Below, piece after piece: positions 62,010 to 64,000 of a stretch of DNA of 64,000 nucleotides. Origin of the DNA: Yuukianura sp. NJ FZ-2021. Its lineage: Eukaryota. Position 1 is the first letter of the stretch. Every line of letters begins with the position of its first letter. A model generated the notes under the pieces. That model was given only the letters and a program-made list of their open reading frames with translations, made no database searches and had not been told where the DNA came from. A program made the position numbers and the translations under genes. The stretch covers positions 7,068,001-7,132,000 of the forward strand of contig CM102287.1 in assembly GCA_046563655.1 (NCBI GenBank). The letters are read 5' to 3'.

Positions 62010-62952
62010 AACCGAGGGATGGGGGATGAAAGAGCAACCTGAATTCAAGTTTTGTGCAAACTTTTTTTTTCAAAATGCACTTAAAATTTTTGAATGGGGA
62101 TGTTTGAACATAACTTTTTATCAAAGTTTCTAATTCAAGTTTCACCCATATTCCTAACCAAAATACTTTCGTGCAGTTTGGTTGGGAACAAACATAACGC
62201 AGAAGCAGAACTGTGGACTGTTCTGTTAAGTTTTAAAGCAAATCTCTGTAAAAACAACAGGGTGTGTGTAGTGTTTTATATAATAATAAGCAGAGAGAGG
62301 TCACATCAATTAGCACTTCTATTCTGTACTTCAACTTTCAACAGCAATTGCTGCAGATTACTGTGGGTCAAGTGTCAACAGCCTCTTGACTCCAAATTTT
62401 TTTTTTGCTAGTGCCAGAAGCGTTGAGAGAAGAAAAAACAGTTAGGATTTTGCAGAGAGAGATGAGAGTGGAAGGGAGTTAGATTAAGATGTGCTTTTCG
62501 GTGTTAATCAGAAAACCAATTAAGATTTTAGTACCCACCGAAAAATCGTGCAAATTGAAATAGCCAAGCTCCTTTAAATTCCGGAGAGACCGATGCAGGA
62601 GGCGGTTGTATTTACTGCCTCCCACGGGGCAGGTCCCGTCAAACTGGCTCAACTGCTTGCCGATTGCAATCTCCACTCAGATCACGCAAGATTGAAACCG
62701 ATCTTCATCTGACTATGATACATAGCACTGCAACTCAAGAGTCTCAAGATCAGTAACTTTTCAACAACATGACATCCCTCCAACATTGTCTTTTCCGGCT
62801 GTCCACTCCATTTGACACATAACATGAGCACTACTCTCGAATGTTTCAATTATCCATTACCAAGTAGAGAGTGAAAGCAATTGAACACAGAGCGTCCTTG
62901 ACCTTTGAAGAATGGAATTGGTTGCGCAAGATCGCTGGGAAGTTTACTTAAT

Positions 62953-64000
62953 TCAGAAGATGTAAGGAATGATTCGTTTTCGGTTCAGCGGGTATTCGGA
63001 TCCGAATTTTTTGAGATACCATTGGTGAGACATGGCTGCAGAATAGGTCTACAAAAAATTCAAAACTAACTTTCACAAAAGTTCCTTTCAAACATTTGCA
63101 ACAGTATTTGTAAAATCTGACTCACTTGATTTGCCAGTACCCAAATGGCAATCCAGTTCATCTCGTAGTTTTGAAATCCAAAGACCAAGGATAAACTCAA
63201 GTAAATCAGGAGTTCTGCGAAGTAGTTTGCGCAGGAAACAGAGTCAAACAGTCCACCCTTTGGAATTCTGTAGGATTTATCCGCAGCTAAAAACGAACGC
63301 AAAAATTGCAGGTTGTAAGATTAAATTTGATTTTCTCCAACATCTATGTTGACTCTTACGGTTGGTTCTTAAGCTTGCTAGAATTTTGTGAGCTTCCAAC
63401 TGCTTGATCCAAGCAAATGCAAAGAGTAGAAGAGAGGGCGCGGCGTAGAACAAGTCCAAGTCGACGCAACCTCTGCTTCCGCCGAACACAGAAACAACTG
63501 CTCCGAAGTAATGCCAAAATCCGACGATGTAAATGGTGATGTTCATTTTAGCACTAGCGGAAAAGTTGCTAATGAATAGACATTCGTACAGACGTCGGAA
63601 GATTTGAGTTGCTAACATACAGAGGGCCAGAAGAGCAGTCGCATCTGGAAACAAAGCATTCTTTTTATAATTTGGTTAACATTCAATGTTTAATTTTGTT
63701 TCGTTTGATTTACTCGGGAGACAAACGGAGGAGCCCAGCGCAAGGCCAAGCATTTCCTTCAGGAATTCGGAGTGGTTGAAGTAAGCGTAGATGGTCCATG
63801 TCACAAATGAAGTTGCGAAGATGTAAAAGTGAGTAAACCATCTGAAAAGTGACGAGAACGACGAAGGTGAAAGTGAGTCCAGTGAAATCAAAAAATGATC
63901 CAGTTTTTGTTTAATTTGCAATGCTAAATTAAACTAATTCACAGATTGATTACCTTTTCGGAACGTCGAAGAGAAGCGGAGTGGAGTCGGAGTGGATGTC
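62953..64000 (-). CDS. SRD5A3: Polyprenol reductase / steroid 5-alpha-reductase 3, 5'-truncated by the window edge
   Basis: Exons >64000-63954, 63841-63714, 63644-63360, 63286-63126, 63048-62953, in frame. Motifs VPKRWFTHFY, RRLYEC, HKILASLR, IPKGGLFDSVSCANYFAE, HQWYLKKF..YP..RKRIIPYIF. Confidence 0.92.

Noticed and set aside
62953..64000. SRD5A3 as a tailoring reductase of a PKS cluster
   Set aside because: It looks like the ordinary housekeeping dolichol-pathway enzyme, separated from the PKS by three unrelated genes.

Overview
Eukaryotic, AT-rich arthropod genomic DNA with short GT-AG introns. The gustatory-receptor-like genes and the type I PKS suggest a springtail or similar non-insect hexapod; this is an inference. 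I reconstructed 14 gene models by hand, all frame-consistent across their splice junctions. In order: a 9-exon secreted protein with four copies of an unrecognised Cys-rich module; two tandem single-intron GluCl-like Cys-loop subunits, both with PAR changed to EAR at the selectivity filter and Gly changed to Ala at the M3 ivermectin position; a GPI-type small protein lying between them; a clip-domain serine-protease homologue; a second GPI-type protein; a 7-exon atypical class A GPCR; about 14 kb of non-coding DNA rich in GTGAAAGT; a HINE/DINE-like element carrying a 17 x 59-bp array; a secreted furin-processed preproprotein; a third GPI-type protein; a 2575-aa highly reducing, TE-less type I PKS; a head-to-head pair of GR-like chemoreceptors; an innexin; a young Mutator/foldback MITE with a 9-bp TSD; and the 3' part of polyprenol reductase (SRD5A3). 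The most interesting candidates are the divergent GluCl pair with its intercalated GPI-family gene, the PKS abutting chemoreceptors, and the novel 4-module secreted protein.
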